Positions 18,210 through 28,048 of a stretch of 62,490 nucleotides of DNA are shown in pieces. The notes under the pieces are model-generated. The model was not told the origin of the DNA and did not search any database. It saw nothing but the letters and a program-made list of their open reading frames with translations. The position numbers were made by a program, and so were the translations under genes. Source of the stretch: Desulfobacterales bacterium (GTDB lineage Bacteria; Desulfobacterota; Desulfobacteria; Desulfobacterales; UBA5616). Location of the stretch: the NCBI GenBank assembly GCA_046483495.1, contig JAWODC010000054.1, positions 1-62,490 on the forward strand, in the 5' to 3' direction. The stretch's first letter is position 1; each line of letters opens with the position of its first letter.

Positions 18210-21200
18210 GCAAACTGGATATCCAAGGCCTTCGAAAAATCCGGGAAGAAGCGGGCATCGCCGGTGCTATAGGGAAAGACGAGACCCGCGAAGTTAAAAT
18301 AATCGTTCACATGGGGACCTGCGGCATCGCTTCAGGGGCATCCGGGGTTATGGCGGCGCTCGAAAGGATTGTCGAGGAAAAGCATCCGGACATCGGCGTC
18401 GATGAAGCCGGATGCCTTGGCATCTGCGAACGTGAACCCATTGTGACGGTGGCCGTAAAGGGAAAGCCGGTTGTTCGATATGCACGGGTAACACCCGAAG
18501 TGCTCGAAGAAATTGTCCAATCCCATATCGAAAATAAAACGGTTTTGGAAACGCATCTGCTGTCCATCCCCCGGGAAGGCGCCGATGCCGGTGAGCTGAC
18601 ATTGGATTGGCGGGGCCCGCTGGCGGATCTGAAGCAAACGGATTTTTTTGCAAAGCAGCGCCGTGTGACACGCAAGAACTGCGGGGCGATCAACCCTTTC
18701 AGAATCGATGACTACATCGCCTTGAACGGCTGGTCCGCCCTTGCCGGGGTGCTTACTGAAATAACGCCGGAAGAAACGCTGTCGGAAATAAAACATTCCG
18801 GTCTGCGGGGACGTGGAGGCGCGGGTTTTCCCACGGGGCAGAAATGGGAATTTTGCAAAAATGCCCCGGGGACGCCGAAGTATATCGTCTGCAATGCCGA
18901 CGAAGGCGATCCCGGTGCATTCATGGACCGATCCCAGATGGAAGGCGATCCTCAAAGCATTTTGGAGGGCATGACCATTGCAGCCTACGCCATCGGTGCC
19001 GAACAAGGCGTTATTTATGTACGTGCGGAATATCCTCTGGCCGTGACCCTGATTACCCATGCCATCGAACAGGCGCGTTCATATGGCCTGCTTGGGCGAA
19101 ACATTCTCGGAAAAGGGCTTGACTTCGACATCGACGTCATGATCGGCGCCGGTGCGTTTGTCTGCGGGGAGGAGACGGCGCTTTTGCATTCGATCGAGGG
19201 CCGGCGCGGGGTGCCTCGCCCCAAACCGCCGTTCCCGGCGACTTCCGGACTATACGGCAAGCCGACCGTAATCAACAACGTGGAAACGCTGGCCACGGTT
19301 CCGGTGATCATACAGCATGGTGCAGACTGGTACTCGAAAATCGGAACCGAAACCAGCCGCGGCACCAAAATATTTTCACTGGCAGGAAAGGTCGCCAATA
19401 ACGGTCTTGTGGAAGTTGAAATGGGGACACCGGTGGGTGAATTGATTTACGATATCGGCGGCGGAATCGTTTCCGGCGGCAAATTCAAGGCGGTGCAATG
19501 CGGTGGACCATCCGGCGGCTGCATTCCGGCCCGTCACCTCGACACCCCCATCGATTATGAAAGCCTGACCCGACTGGGAGCCATCATGGGGTCCGGCGGA
19601 CTGGTGGTCATGGATGAGAACACCTGCATGGTGGATACGGCCCGGTATTTTCTGGAATTCGTTCAGGAGGAGTCCTGCGGGCAATGTACGCCCTGCCGGG
19701 AGGGGACCGGGGTGATGCTGGGGATATTAAACCGGATTACCGAAGGAGCCGGGAGCGAAGAGGATATCGCACTGCTCGAAGAAATCGGTGAGATGATCAA
19801 AAAAACCTCCCTTTGCGGCCTCGGCCAGACCGCACCGAACCCGGTGCTCAGCACGATTCGTCATTTCCGGGATGAATATGAAGCGCATATTCGGGAGAAA
19901 AGATGCCCGGCGGCGGTGTGCCAAATGCTTTTCCGGGCCCCTTGCGAGCACGCCTGCCCCGTGGGAACGGATGCATCCGGTTATAACGCGCTGATCGCCG
20001 CCGGAAAATTTGCCGACGCTTTTGATCTGATCATGGAACGCAATCCCTTGCCTGGTGTGTGCGGCCGGGTCTGCACCCATCCGTGCGAAGCCAAATGCCG
20101 CAGGCGCCAAATCGATCAGCCCATTGCCGTTCGAGGGCTGAAACGGTTCGTTGCGGATTACGCCACAGCGGGAAATCAGGCTCCCCCGCCCGCTGTTCAA
20201 CCGGAAAAAGGCGCGGTAGCCATCATCGGCTCCGGGCCTGCAGGGCTGACCGCCGCATATCATTTGGTGAGAAAGGGCCGGTCCGTAACCGTTTTCGAAA
20301 AACTGCCCGTTGCGGGCGGCATGCCGGCGGCGGGCATTCCGGATTACCGTTTGCCTTCGGAAGTGCTCGAAGCCGACGTCGAGCGCATCGAGCAATGCGG
20401 GGTGGTCATTAAAACCGGTGTGGAAATCGGAAAAGATCTCACCATTGACGACCTTTTTACCCAAGGGTTCAATGCCGTGTTCATTGGCGCCGGGGCCTGG
20501 AAGGGTATGGCATTGCATATCGAGGGGGAGGATTTGAACGGTGTTGTTCCGGCACTGGATTTGCTGCGGGACTGCAAGTTGGGAAAACCACCCGACGTGG
20601 GAAAAACCGCAGCCGTCATCGGCGGCGGCAATGCGGCCATCGATGCGGCACGAACGCTGCTGCGTCTGGGATGCGGCACCGTTTACCTGATTTACCGCCG
20701 CACACGGGCTGAAATGCCCGCATTGGATGAAGAGATCGAGGAAGCCTTCCGGGAAGGTGTTGAGCCCTATTTTCTAACAGCACCCCTCAGCATCATCGGA
20801 GAAAATGGAAATGTCGCCAAACTGAAATGCCAAACCATGGCACAGGGCGGGTTTGACAGCAGCGGCCGAAAGAGACCGAAACCGAGCGGCGAATTCTTCG
20901 AACGGAGGGTCGATACCGTGATACCGGCCGTCGGACAAACGCCCGATCTTGCCGCCATTCTGGAAGACAGCGGCGTCGAAGCATCGGAGCGGTCGACCAT
21001 ATGCGTAAACCCCTACACCTATGCCACGAACCGCCCCGGAGTGTTCGCCGGAGGAGATGCGATAGACGGGCCGGGGACGGTCATTTTCGCCATGGAAACC
21101 GGAATGAAGGCGGCGCTTGCGATCGACAGGTATTTGGGAGGAAACGGTGCGATTGTTGAAGAAGTGAGGCGTCGAACCGGCATCGATGAGATGCCCCCGC

Positions 21201-21391
21201 CGCACGGTGACATCATAGCGGTGACCGAACGGGCACAAGAGCGGTGCCTTTCCCTGGAAGCACGAAGAGGCAATTTCCGGGAGACGGAATTGGGATTCGA
21301 CGAAGCCGCTGCGGTTCGGGAAGCAGCGCGATGCCTGCGCTGCGATTTCGGAAAACCGTATCAACCTTTTAAAAAGAGGGGAAAACCGTGA
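18206..21391 (+). CDS. NuoF/HydB-like FMN/NADH subunit fused to a GltD/NfnB-like FAD/NAD(P)H oxidoreductase
   Basis: GLRGRGGAGFP, NADEGDPGAFMDR, FVCGEETAL, ESCGQCTPCREG, H...CPAAVC; then CGRVCTHPCE, GSGPAGL, GGGNAAID, RCLRCD. Confidence 0.93.
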   Translation: MSKLDIQGLRKIREEAGIAGAIGKDETREVKIIVHMGTCGIASGASGVMAALERIVEEKHPDIGVDEAGCLGICEREPIVTVAVKGKPVVRYARVTPEVLEEIVQSHIENKTVLETHLLSIPREGADAGELTLDWRGPLADLKQTDFFAKQRRVTRKNCGAINPFRIDDYIALNGWSALAGVLTEITPEETLSEIKHSGLRGRGGAGFPTGQKWEFCKNAPGTPKYIVCNADEGDPGAFMDRSQMEGDPQSILEGMTIAAYAIGAEQGVIYVRAEYPLAVTLITHAIEQARSYGLLGRNILGKGLDFDIDVMIGAGAFVCGEETALLHSIEGRRGVPRPKPPFPATSGLYGKPTVINNVETLATVPVIIQHGADWYSKIGTETSRGTKIFSLAGKVANNGLVEVEMGTPVGELIYDIGGGIVSGGKFKAVQCGGPSGGCIPARHLDTPIDYESLTRLGAIMGSGGLVVMDENTCMVDTARYFLEFVQEESCGQCTPCREGTGVMLGILNRITEGAGSEEDIALLEEIGEMIKKTSLCGLGQTAPNPVLSTIRHFRDEYEAHIREKRCPAAVCQMLFRAPCEHACPVGTDASGYNALIAAGKFADAFDLIMERNPLPGVCGRVCTHPCEAKCRRRQIDQPIAVRGLKRFVADYATAGNQAPPPAVQPEKGAVAIIGSGPAGLTAAYHLVRKGRSVTVFEKLPVAGGMPAAGIPDYRLPSEVLEADVERIEQCGVVIKTGVEIGKDLTIDDLFTQGFNAVFIGAGAWKGMALHIEGEDLNGVVPALDLLRDCKLGKPPDVGKTAAVIGGGNAAIDAARTLLRLGCGTVYLIYRRTRAEMPALDEEIEEAFREGVEPYFLTAPLSIIGENGNVAKLKCQTMAQGGFDSSGRKRPKPSGEFFERRVDTVIPAVGQTPDLAAILEDSGVEASERSTICVNPYTYATNRPGVFAGGDAIDGPGTVIFAMETGMKAALAIDRYLGGNGAIVEEVRRRTGIDEMPPPHGDIIAVTERAQERCLSLEARRGNFRETELGFDEAAAVREAARCLRCDFGKPYQPFKKRGKP

Positions 21392-21861
21392 TATTCACAC
21401 AACCATTGGATTACGAAACGATCACCAGTGAATTGAGCAAGGACGACACCATCGCCATCGTGAGCTGCAACAACTGTGTTCGTGTCGCCGGTACGGGAGG
21501 CGAGAAGAAAATGAAAGAAATGGCCTTTCGACTGCGGGAGGACGGATACCGCGTAAAAGAAGGCTTTCTGGTGACCAAAGCCTGCCCGCAACCTTACATG
21601 GGGATGCTTGGGCTTAGTCCGCTGGTGAATAAGGTGATCGTAATGGCATGCACGGCGGGCTGGTCAACGGCATGCCGGGTATGTAAAACCCGCAAGGTCG
21701 TTCGCAGCTTAGAGGATATAGGCCTTCTCATCACCGACACCGATAAAGGCGTGGTGAAAATCGCCAAGGCGTTCGATGGATTCGAGGATCTCGTGGGCAA
21801 GGAATTCGAGATCGGAACCGGGGCGCCTATGGCCACGGAGCAAATTAAGGTGGAGGTGTAA
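21388..21861 (+). CDS. Cys-rich protein resembling the N-terminal domain of MetV
   Basis: VSCNNCVRVAGTGGEKK...KAC...VMACTAG; overlaps the upstream stop codon. Confidence 0.65.
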   Translation: MIFTQPLDYETITSELSKDDTIAIVSCNNCVRVAGTGGEKKMKEMAFRLREDGYRVKEGFLVTKACPQPYMGMLGLSPLVNKVIVMACTAGWSTACRVCKTRKVVRSLEDIGLLITDTDKGVVKIAKAFDGFEDLVGKEFEIGTGAPMATEQIKVEV

Positions 21862-21862
21862 A

Positions 21863-23065
21863 ATGATAATCTCCGTACGTTCAATTTCATACGACGAGCT
21901 GAAAGGTTCGCTGGAAAAAAACGAGAAAATACTGATTTGGAGCTGCGACAATTGCATTAAAGCCTGCGGTCAGGGGGGATCGGAAAAGACGGCCCATTTA
22001 AAGGCGGTGCTCGAAGAGGATGGATACACCGTGATCGGCACCGAGCTGGTCAGTGTCTCATGTCACATTCCACTGATAGAAGAGCGCAGGCACAACGTGG
22101 AAAAGCGATATGCGCTGGAAAACGCCGATGCAGTAATCGTTCTGGCCTGCGAAGACGGTTATGACTGCATAAAAAGCGCATTTCCGGACAAGAAGGTGAT
22201 AGGCACCGCCAAAACCGTCGGCGGCGGCGGCAAATCGCCGGCCGGCGCCGTCCTCAATACCCCGCTTGGATTTACCGGGCTGGACGTGAGTACGGAAGGG
22301 TACACGCTCGATCAGGTGGCGAAGCATCTGGATTTATACCACACCTTTTTCCAGGCGGAACGAAAGCCCGCGCCAAGGCCCGAGGTCGAAATCACCATCG
22401 ACGGCAAAACGTGCATGGCGGTCGAAGGGGAAAACCTTCTTGAGGCCTGCGAACGCAACGGTTTCAAAATTCCGCACCTCTGCTACCGGGAGGGCCTGAG
22501 TGCACCCGGCGCCTGCCGTCTGTGCCTGGTGAAGATTGCGGGTGTCAGAGGTCTTGTGCCTGCCTGCCGCGAAGCCGTTACCGGGGGTATCGACGTGGTG
22601 ACCGACAATGACGAGCTCCGGCACCTGAGACGGTTAAACCTGGAATTTCTGCTCTCAGCCCATGAGCACAATTGTCTGCTGTGCGGTGAAACCCGTATCA
22701 TGCGGGGCAAATGCGAACTTCAGACCCTGGTGCGGGAAATGGGGATTGAAAATCCGGCGTTTCCGGCAAACAAAGAAAAACTTCCCATCGACGACTCCCA
22801 CCCCGTAATCGTCAAAGACCCCAATCGGTGTGTGTTGTGCAGCCGGTGCGTGCGGGCCTGCGCGGAATTGGCCGGAAAGCACAATTTGGGATTTGCCAAC
22901 CGCGGAAGAGAAACCGTCATTGCCACCGGCCTGAATCAGTCCTGGGATCAGAGCGCCTGCGCCGGCTGCCTGGTTTGCGTGATGGCGTGCCCCACCGGCG
23001 CGCTGACTGAAAAGCTGCTGCATTTCGTCGGTGAGGATTGGGAAGCCCAAAAAGTGTTTTTATAG
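21863..23065 (+). CDS. MetV-N-like domain fused to a NuoG/HydA N-terminal Fe-S module, without a catalytic domain
   Basis: WSCDNCIKACGQGG...LACEDG; then IPHLC...GACRLCLV...AC, HEHNCLLC...CELQ, CVLCSRCVRAC, CAGCLVCVMACPTGAL; the ORF ends shortly after. Confidence 0.85.
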   Translation: MIISVRSISYDELKGSLEKNEKILIWSCDNCIKACGQGGSEKTAHLKAVLEEDGYTVIGTELVSVSCHIPLIEERRHNVEKRYALENADAVIVLACEDGYDCIKSAFPDKKVIGTAKTVGGGGKSPAGAVLNTPLGFTGLDVSTEGYTLDQVAKHLDLYHTFFQAERKPAPRPEVEITIDGKTCMAVEGENLLEACERNGFKIPHLCYREGLSAPGACRLCLVKIAGVRGLVPACREAVTGGIDVVTDNDELRHLRRLNLEFLLSAHEHNCLLCGETRIMRGKCELQTLVREMGIENPAFPANKEKLPIDDSHPVIVKDPNRCVLCSRCVRACAELAGKHNLGFANRGRETVIATGLNQSWDQSACAGCLVCVMACPTGALTEKLLHFVGEDWEAQKVFL

Positions 23066-23105
23066 CAACGGCCGATGATATTCGGTAGCGCAAGTTACAC
23101 TTCGG

Positions 23106-23927
23106 CTATATCCACTGGATCTTCGGTGGATTGCGTTTAGGCAGCAACGGGTACGGGTACTTCGGGTATCCCAGCATTATCGGGTAAAAAAACGTGGGCT
23201 TGTCCAGTTTCAGCCCGAGAACTTCCCTGGCGGGGGCCCACTCCAGAAGGGCGGATCTTAACAGACCGGCCCAGCAGGTGCCGAGCCCCATGGAAACGGC
23301 GGCCAGTTCAAGATAGGACAGCGCCAGTATCGGGTCCGTGGCCATGATTTCCGGTCCTTTTGCCACGATGAGCGCCGGCGCTTTTCGCAATATGGGGTCC
23401 TCACCCTTCTCCCACTTGGCAATCACGAGCTGCAGGAACTCAGAGGGATAGGCAAACGAGTAGGGCTTTTCCTCGAGTTTATGGCGCATCCACTCGATAG
23501 TCAATCCGGACAATTCCTGAATTTTGTCTTTATCCGCGACGGCAATCCACCTCACCAACTGGCGGTTGCCGCCGGTCGGGGCATAGGACGCGATCTCGAT
23601 AAGTTTTTCAATCGTTTCTTTCTCCACGGATCGATCCTTATACACGCGAACCGATCGCCGGGTGCGCAGCAGCTGGGTGGTTTGCTCCTCGGTGATGACA
23701 AGCTCCTCTTTAATGGGCGTGCACGCTTCTCTGGGAATCGCGGAATGGCTCAATGCCCCGTGGGGGCATACGGCAATGCAGTGCCCGCAAAGGATGCACA
23801 GGACCTCCAATCCCGGCACCAACCGGGGAAAGCCGTTGTCTTCCGCCTGCTCGATGACCTTGTTTGGGCATACATCGATGCAGACCCCGTCCTTTTTGCA
23901 TCGGGTTTCATCGACAATCAGTTTCAT
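23106..23927 (-). CDS. Nitroreductase family protein with N-terminal 4Fe-4S dicluster
   Basis: CKKDGVCIDVCP, CILCGHCIAVCP, RRSVRVY, APTGGNRQ, GLGTCWAG. Confidence 0.92.
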   Translation of the reverse strand: MKLIVDETRCKKDGVCIDVCPNKVIEQAEDNGFPRLVPGLEVLCILCGHCIAVCPHGALSHSAIPREACTPIKEELVITEEQTTQLLRTRRSVRVYKDRSVEKETIEKLIEIASYAPTGGNRQLVRWIAVADKDKIQELSGLTIEWMRHKLEEKPYSFAYPSEFLQLVIAKWEKGEDPILRKAPALIVAKGPEIMATDPILALSYLELAAVSMGLGTCWAGLLRSALLEWAPAREVLGLKLDKPTFFYPIMLGYPKYPYPLLPKRNPPKIQWI

Positions 23928-24170
23928 AATCTTTATCCTTGAATTCCACGTGAATTGGGGACGGAAAAATCCGCCGGGTTAGTAAAGAGCCGTATCAGGC
24001 GGCGGGTCGATTCGAAATCGAGAAAAATGAAAGATTAACCGGATGGCCGCATGATGTCAAACCAAAAATCGGGGCCAAACCGGATAGAGCGGCTTAAAAG
24101 GGCTTCCATCAGGGGAAAACCAGGCATGATCTGAAAAATTTCGGGGGTGTCAAGGTGAATAAAATCCCCA

Positions 24171-24836
24171 ATGCAAAATAAGGGTATGAACCCATTCCAT
24201 TTCACTTTTTCATCTGACATTAGGATAAATCGGGCGTCTGGAACGTTTGATGGTTATCATTCTGCAAAAATATCTATGAGGGAAGCAATGGCCGAATTCA
24301 ATTCTCAAATTAAAAAATCCAACCTGATTTTTATCCACAATCAAAAGGATACCCCATGGTTTCAAAATACATTTGCCGAAACCAGGAAGGAAATTGACGA
24401 TTGGTGGGTGTGCCCCCACCTGGTCACCGAAAAAGATGTGCAGCTGCAGCATGATTTTTACCGTATGCTTTTTGTTTTTCCGGGTTTTGTGGTTTGTGAA
24501 TTGTGCTGCGATTTTCCGAAAATTTCCACGTTTATGACGAAAAAGGACAGTGCTTTTTTATCGGATCATGTTCTAAAAACCCCCGATCATCAGGAACACC
24601 GGTACGTGTGCAATCACATTCTCGAACAGGATACCCTGGAAAAACTGATTTTTTGGGGACATCCCCTCATATGGCAAAACGGCAGACTTATATGCCGTTA
24701 CTGTTTAAGAAAGAAGTTTTTGGGGGAGCCTATCGGATATACCCGATTCGAAACGATGCACTTCAATGCGTGGATCATCCATTCATTTTTTTCACATTCC
24801 TCAGCTCATTTTGTGGATCTGCCGGCAATGAACTGA
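24171..24836 (+). CDS. Hypothetical Cys/His-containing protein
   Basis: 221-aa ORF with CPH, CELC, CNH and CRYC motifs; start codon uncertain. Confidence 0.5.
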   Translation: MQNKGMNPFHFTFSSDIRINRASGTFDGYHSAKISMREAMAEFNSQIKKSNLIFIHNQKDTPWFQNTFAETRKEIDDWWVCPHLVTEKDVQLQHDFYRMLFVFPGFVVCELCCDFPKISTFMTKKDSAFLSDHVLKTPDHQEHRYVCNHILEQDTLEKLIFWGHPLIWQNGRLICRYCLRKKFLGEPIGYTRFETMHFNAWIIHSFFSHSSAHFVDLPAMN

Positions 24837-24842
24837 GGGTCG

Positions 24843-24883
24843 GGTTTGGAGTCGTTTGGATCGTTAGGAGCGTTTAGATCGTT
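24843..24883. repeat. Short ~9-bp tandem repeat tract (GTTTGGATC-like)
   Basis: gtttggagtc gtttggatc gttaggagc gtttagatc gtt; 24853-24877 is 24/25 identical to the reverse complement of 27913-27937. Confidence 0.7.
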
Positions 24884-24885
24884 GC

Positions 24886-25624
24886 CTACCATGAATATCC
24901 GAGACTCGGGCCTGCATAGATGTTGAATCCCGGCGCCGGCTCGAAAAACCGGTTACCACGGGCATTGATTCGAACATTATTGCTGTAGGATTCGTCAAAC
25001 AGATTCCGGATCCCAAACGATGGCGAAATCCGCCATTTTCCAAAACGTCTTCGGAGTCCCGTTCGAAAATCGGTGACGATATAATCGTGGGTTTCAACCG
25101 TGTTTTCGTCATCAGCGAAAAACCTGCTGACGAAGCGGGCATCCAAACCCGCATAAAACCCCGATGGACGGCTGTAAACCATCTCTGTGAAAACCTGATG
25201 CTTCGGGATGCCGGGCACTTCGTTTCCCTCCAGGTCCGCCCCGCCTTTGAACCGCACGCGCACCGAAACCGCGGATGGAAATGCGCACATCCTGGGCGAA
25301 GTTGTCGCGGTTCTGTACAAAAACGCCCGGAATCCGCTCCAAGCCTTCGTCAAGGTTCATCGAGGGCTGCCCCAATTGAATTTCTTCTTTTTCGACGATT
25401 CCGACGGCAGCCGGAACACGGCCGATCGCAGAAGGGATTCTTGGGGCGGTGATCATCATGGGTTCGAGTTTCTGAACGCCTTCATCGAAGACAGGCGGAG
25501 CTGAACATTCTTCGGTTTCCGATGCTGAAAAAACATGTCTTTCGCCGTGGGAACGGCAATCAGCGCTCAGCGGAAACCGGAACAGAAGTACGAAACATAT
25601 TGTTGTGAAGATTATGGATTTCAC
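24886..25624 (-). pseudogene. TonB-dependent receptor with a large internal deletion and frameshift
   Basis: Plug start (ITAPR...LDEGLERIPGVFVQNRDNFAQDVRISIRGFGAR) joins out of frame near 25253 to the final barrel strands (NLFDESY...RFFEPAPGFNIYAGPSLGYSW). Confidence 0.88.
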
Positions 25625-26183
25625 CCTTACTGATGGCGTACTATTTCTCCTTTTCGTTAAAGCCGGCAAGAAGAAGTGGCCGGGAGGTAAACATGCACGC
25701 TTTAACGTCGATAATGAACACATCCCACAGGCTCTGAACCCCATTGGGTTTGTTTATATAGATTTTAGTTTTCTGGTGATGATCGGCCAATGGGGTGCAA
25801 ACTGTATGAGGTGCAGCTTAATACCATATATCCTGATCTTTATTTCCTGCTGCAGGATCTCGAATCGGAGGACGTCAAATTCAAGCCATTATTTTTATTA
25901 ATAATTCAGTTGTCTATTCAGAAGCGGTCTTCAGGCCCGTTCAGGTATCGCATTCGGGATTATTCTATCTTCAATAAACGTTTATCCCTATTTTTAAATA
26001 ACCCGTTCCATCTTATTTTCTATCAGCTGCAAAAGCAAAGGTGCGCACTTTTGAAATCGTTCGCAGTCATCACTGCAGTAGGAGGTGATTACAGGAGATC
26101 GTGCTCAAGTTTTGGATTAGTTTTTATTATTTAATCGATTGAAACCATTTTATTGAACCATCTTTTTTACCAGGGAGGCTTTT

Positions 26184-26579
26184 ATGAAAAAACCAAACCG
26201 ATTAAACAGGATCCCGGCTCTCTTCATCATCGCTTTTGCGGCATTGATGCTGATCGTTTATGCACCCGGCATAGCCGAGGCAATCGACCAAAGCGAATAC
26301 GAATATGAATCCTACGAGGGGTTGCACCAGGAAGAATGGTACGATCCCAGCGACTGGTTCGATGAAGAAGGTGAAGGCATCAGCTATGAAACGGACTGGT
26401 ATGATTATACTTATGCCTGGGATGATTATTACGATGAGGATGTGTACGGATATTACGACTATTATGAAGATGATGAATATCTGGATGACGACGTCGATAA
26501 CGGCTACTACGATGACTATGATGACTGGGATTACGATTATTACACGGACGAATGGTACGAGGATGAGGACCTTTTTTAA
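26184..26579 (+). CDS. Secreted, extremely Asp/Tyr/Glu/Trp-rich small protein
   Basis: GGAGG RBS; signal peptide ending AEA; mature part e.g. YYDDYDDWDYDYYTDEWYEDEDLF. Confidence 0.8.
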   Translation: MKKPNRLNRIPALFIIAFAALMLIVYAPGIAEAIDQSEYEYESYEGLHQEEWYDPSDWFDEEGEGISYETDWYDYTYAWDDYYDEDVYGYYDYYEDDEYLDDDVDNGYYDDYDDWDYDYYTDEWYEDEDLF

Positions 26580-26692
26580 TGCGATTGACGGATGGGGGCG
26601 ATCTCGAATTCGGCGCGGATGTGAGATACCCCTTAGTCGATAGAAGCTGAAAAGCAAATTAAAATATAGAAAAAAAGAAAAAGGAGAATGCA

Positions 26693-27718
26693 ATGAAACA
26701 TTCAACAAAATACTGGGGCATTTCGGCAATTGCCGTCGGTCTGGTATGTTTGCTGTCCTTTCCGGCCGCCGCCGAACAAAAAACCGATAAACAGGCAAAG
26801 GATATCGGTTACCAACTGGAGCTCGAAGACTGGGTCACGGTGGGCTATGATCTCGACAACGACGGCCGAATCGATTACACCGAACAGGTCTGGGCCTTCG
26901 ATCTGCAGCAGGCACGCAAAAAAAGCCAAATGCGGGCACAGCGCGAAGGCCGCCAAACGGATCGAAGAGATACCGCCCGGCAGGAGGGTATGAGGCGTGG
27001 CGAGCAAATGGCTCGTCAGGAGGACATGATGCGCGGTGACCAAATGGCCCGGCAGAGGGGCATGATGCGCGGCGAGCCCATGGCCCGGCAGGACAGGCAG
27101 GTGCGTGAACGGGCAAGACAGCATCAGCAGACCATTACAGGGGAAATTCAAACGCTGCGCCGGGTGAATCTGGTCGGTGTGGACCAGCCCCACGTGATTG
27201 CGCGCATTCGCGCCCGCGACGGAAGAACAGCCCGTGTGGACCTCGGCCCGGAAAGCAGCCTCAAAAATATCGATCTGAGCAAGGGCGACCGCATCACCGT
27301 CCAGGGGCGAAGGGGCACCATCGACAACCGGGGCATGTTTATGGCGCGATCCCTTCAAACCGGCCGACAGGAGGTGATGATCAGGCGTGCACGGGACCGC
27401 GGCCTGCAGAAATTCGACGGGGAGATTCTGGCGGTCAAAACCGCCACCTTCGAGGATTACGATGTCCCCGACCAGGTGTTTGCCCGGGTTAAACTGGACC
27501 AGGGCCTGGTGACGGCCGTCAATTTCGGCCCTGAAAAGAAATTGGAAGCCGACCTGGACGAGTTGAAAGGCAAAGAGGTGACGTTTCTTGCCCACAGAGC
27601 CGACATCGGCGGCAAAACCGCGCTGATTGCCGATCAGATCCGCATGGAGGACCGGACCATCCGGATCGATTGGTCGGGACCCCAAGCCCAACAGGAGCGC
27701 AGGCGGCAGCGGCAGTAA
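26693..27718 (+). CDS. Secreted protein with DxDxDG motif, 11-aa repeats and two OB-fold-like domains
   Basis: Signal peptide; DLDNDGRID; ARQ..M.RG.QM repeats; two domains containing VDLGP and VNFGP. Confidence 0.8.
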   Translation: MKHSTKYWGISAIAVGLVCLLSFPAAAEQKTDKQAKDIGYQLELEDWVTVGYDLDNDGRIDYTEQVWAFDLQQARKKSQMRAQREGRQTDRRDTARQEGMRRGEQMARQEDMMRGDQMARQRGMMRGEPMARQDRQVRERARQHQQTITGEIQTLRRVNLVGVDQPHVIARIRARDGRTARVDLGPESSLKNIDLSKGDRITVQGRRGTIDNRGMFMARSLQTGRQEVMIRRARDRGLQKFDGEILAVKTATFEDYDVPDQVFARVKLDQGLVTAVNFGPEKKLEADLDELKGKEVTFLAHRADIGGKTALIADQIRMEDRTIRIDWSGPQAQQERRRQRQ

Positions 27719-27728
27719 AAACCAAATC

Positions 27729-27750
27729 GGGCGGGCTAAAAAGTCCGCCC
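27729..27750 (+). terminator. Probable terminator hairpin
   Basis: GGGCGGGCT-AAAA-AGTCCGCCC, 10 nt after the stop codon; weak U tail. Confidence 0.55.
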
Positions 27751-27902
27751 ATTCAAGTAAAACGGAGTTTTTTCGCGCCTCAGCATATCGGTGATCTTTT
27801 CGGCTCTAAAAGCCTTTTCAAGCATTCTTTTGCCGGTATTCCTCTGCTCATCCAATTATAAATCCTATCCGAAACCGCCGGGACCGTTGAGGTCGATGTT
27901 GA

Positions 27903-27945
27903 TCCTAACTACCTAAACGCTCCCAACGATCCAAACGTTCTGAAC
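27903..27945. repeat. Short ~9-bp tandem repeat tract, inverted relative to 24843-24883
   Basis: cctaactac ctaaacgct cccaacgat ccaaacgtt. Confidence 0.65.
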
Positions 27946-28048
27946 TGCGGCTTGGCTAATGAGAAAACCTTTGGTAACCTGAATGACACCGAAACTATGA
28001 AGCTATCCATGGAAATGATTTTTTACCGAAAAAAATTGGAGTTGAAAG

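Noticed and set aside
17691..23065. Calling the operon an [FeFe]-hydrogenase, formate dehydrogenase or complex I
   Set aside because: No H-cluster, molybdopterin domain or membrane subunits are present.
25650..26180. Cobalamin or c-di-GMP riboswitch upstream of the TonB receptor
   Set aside because: Could not find the conserved core motifs by eye.
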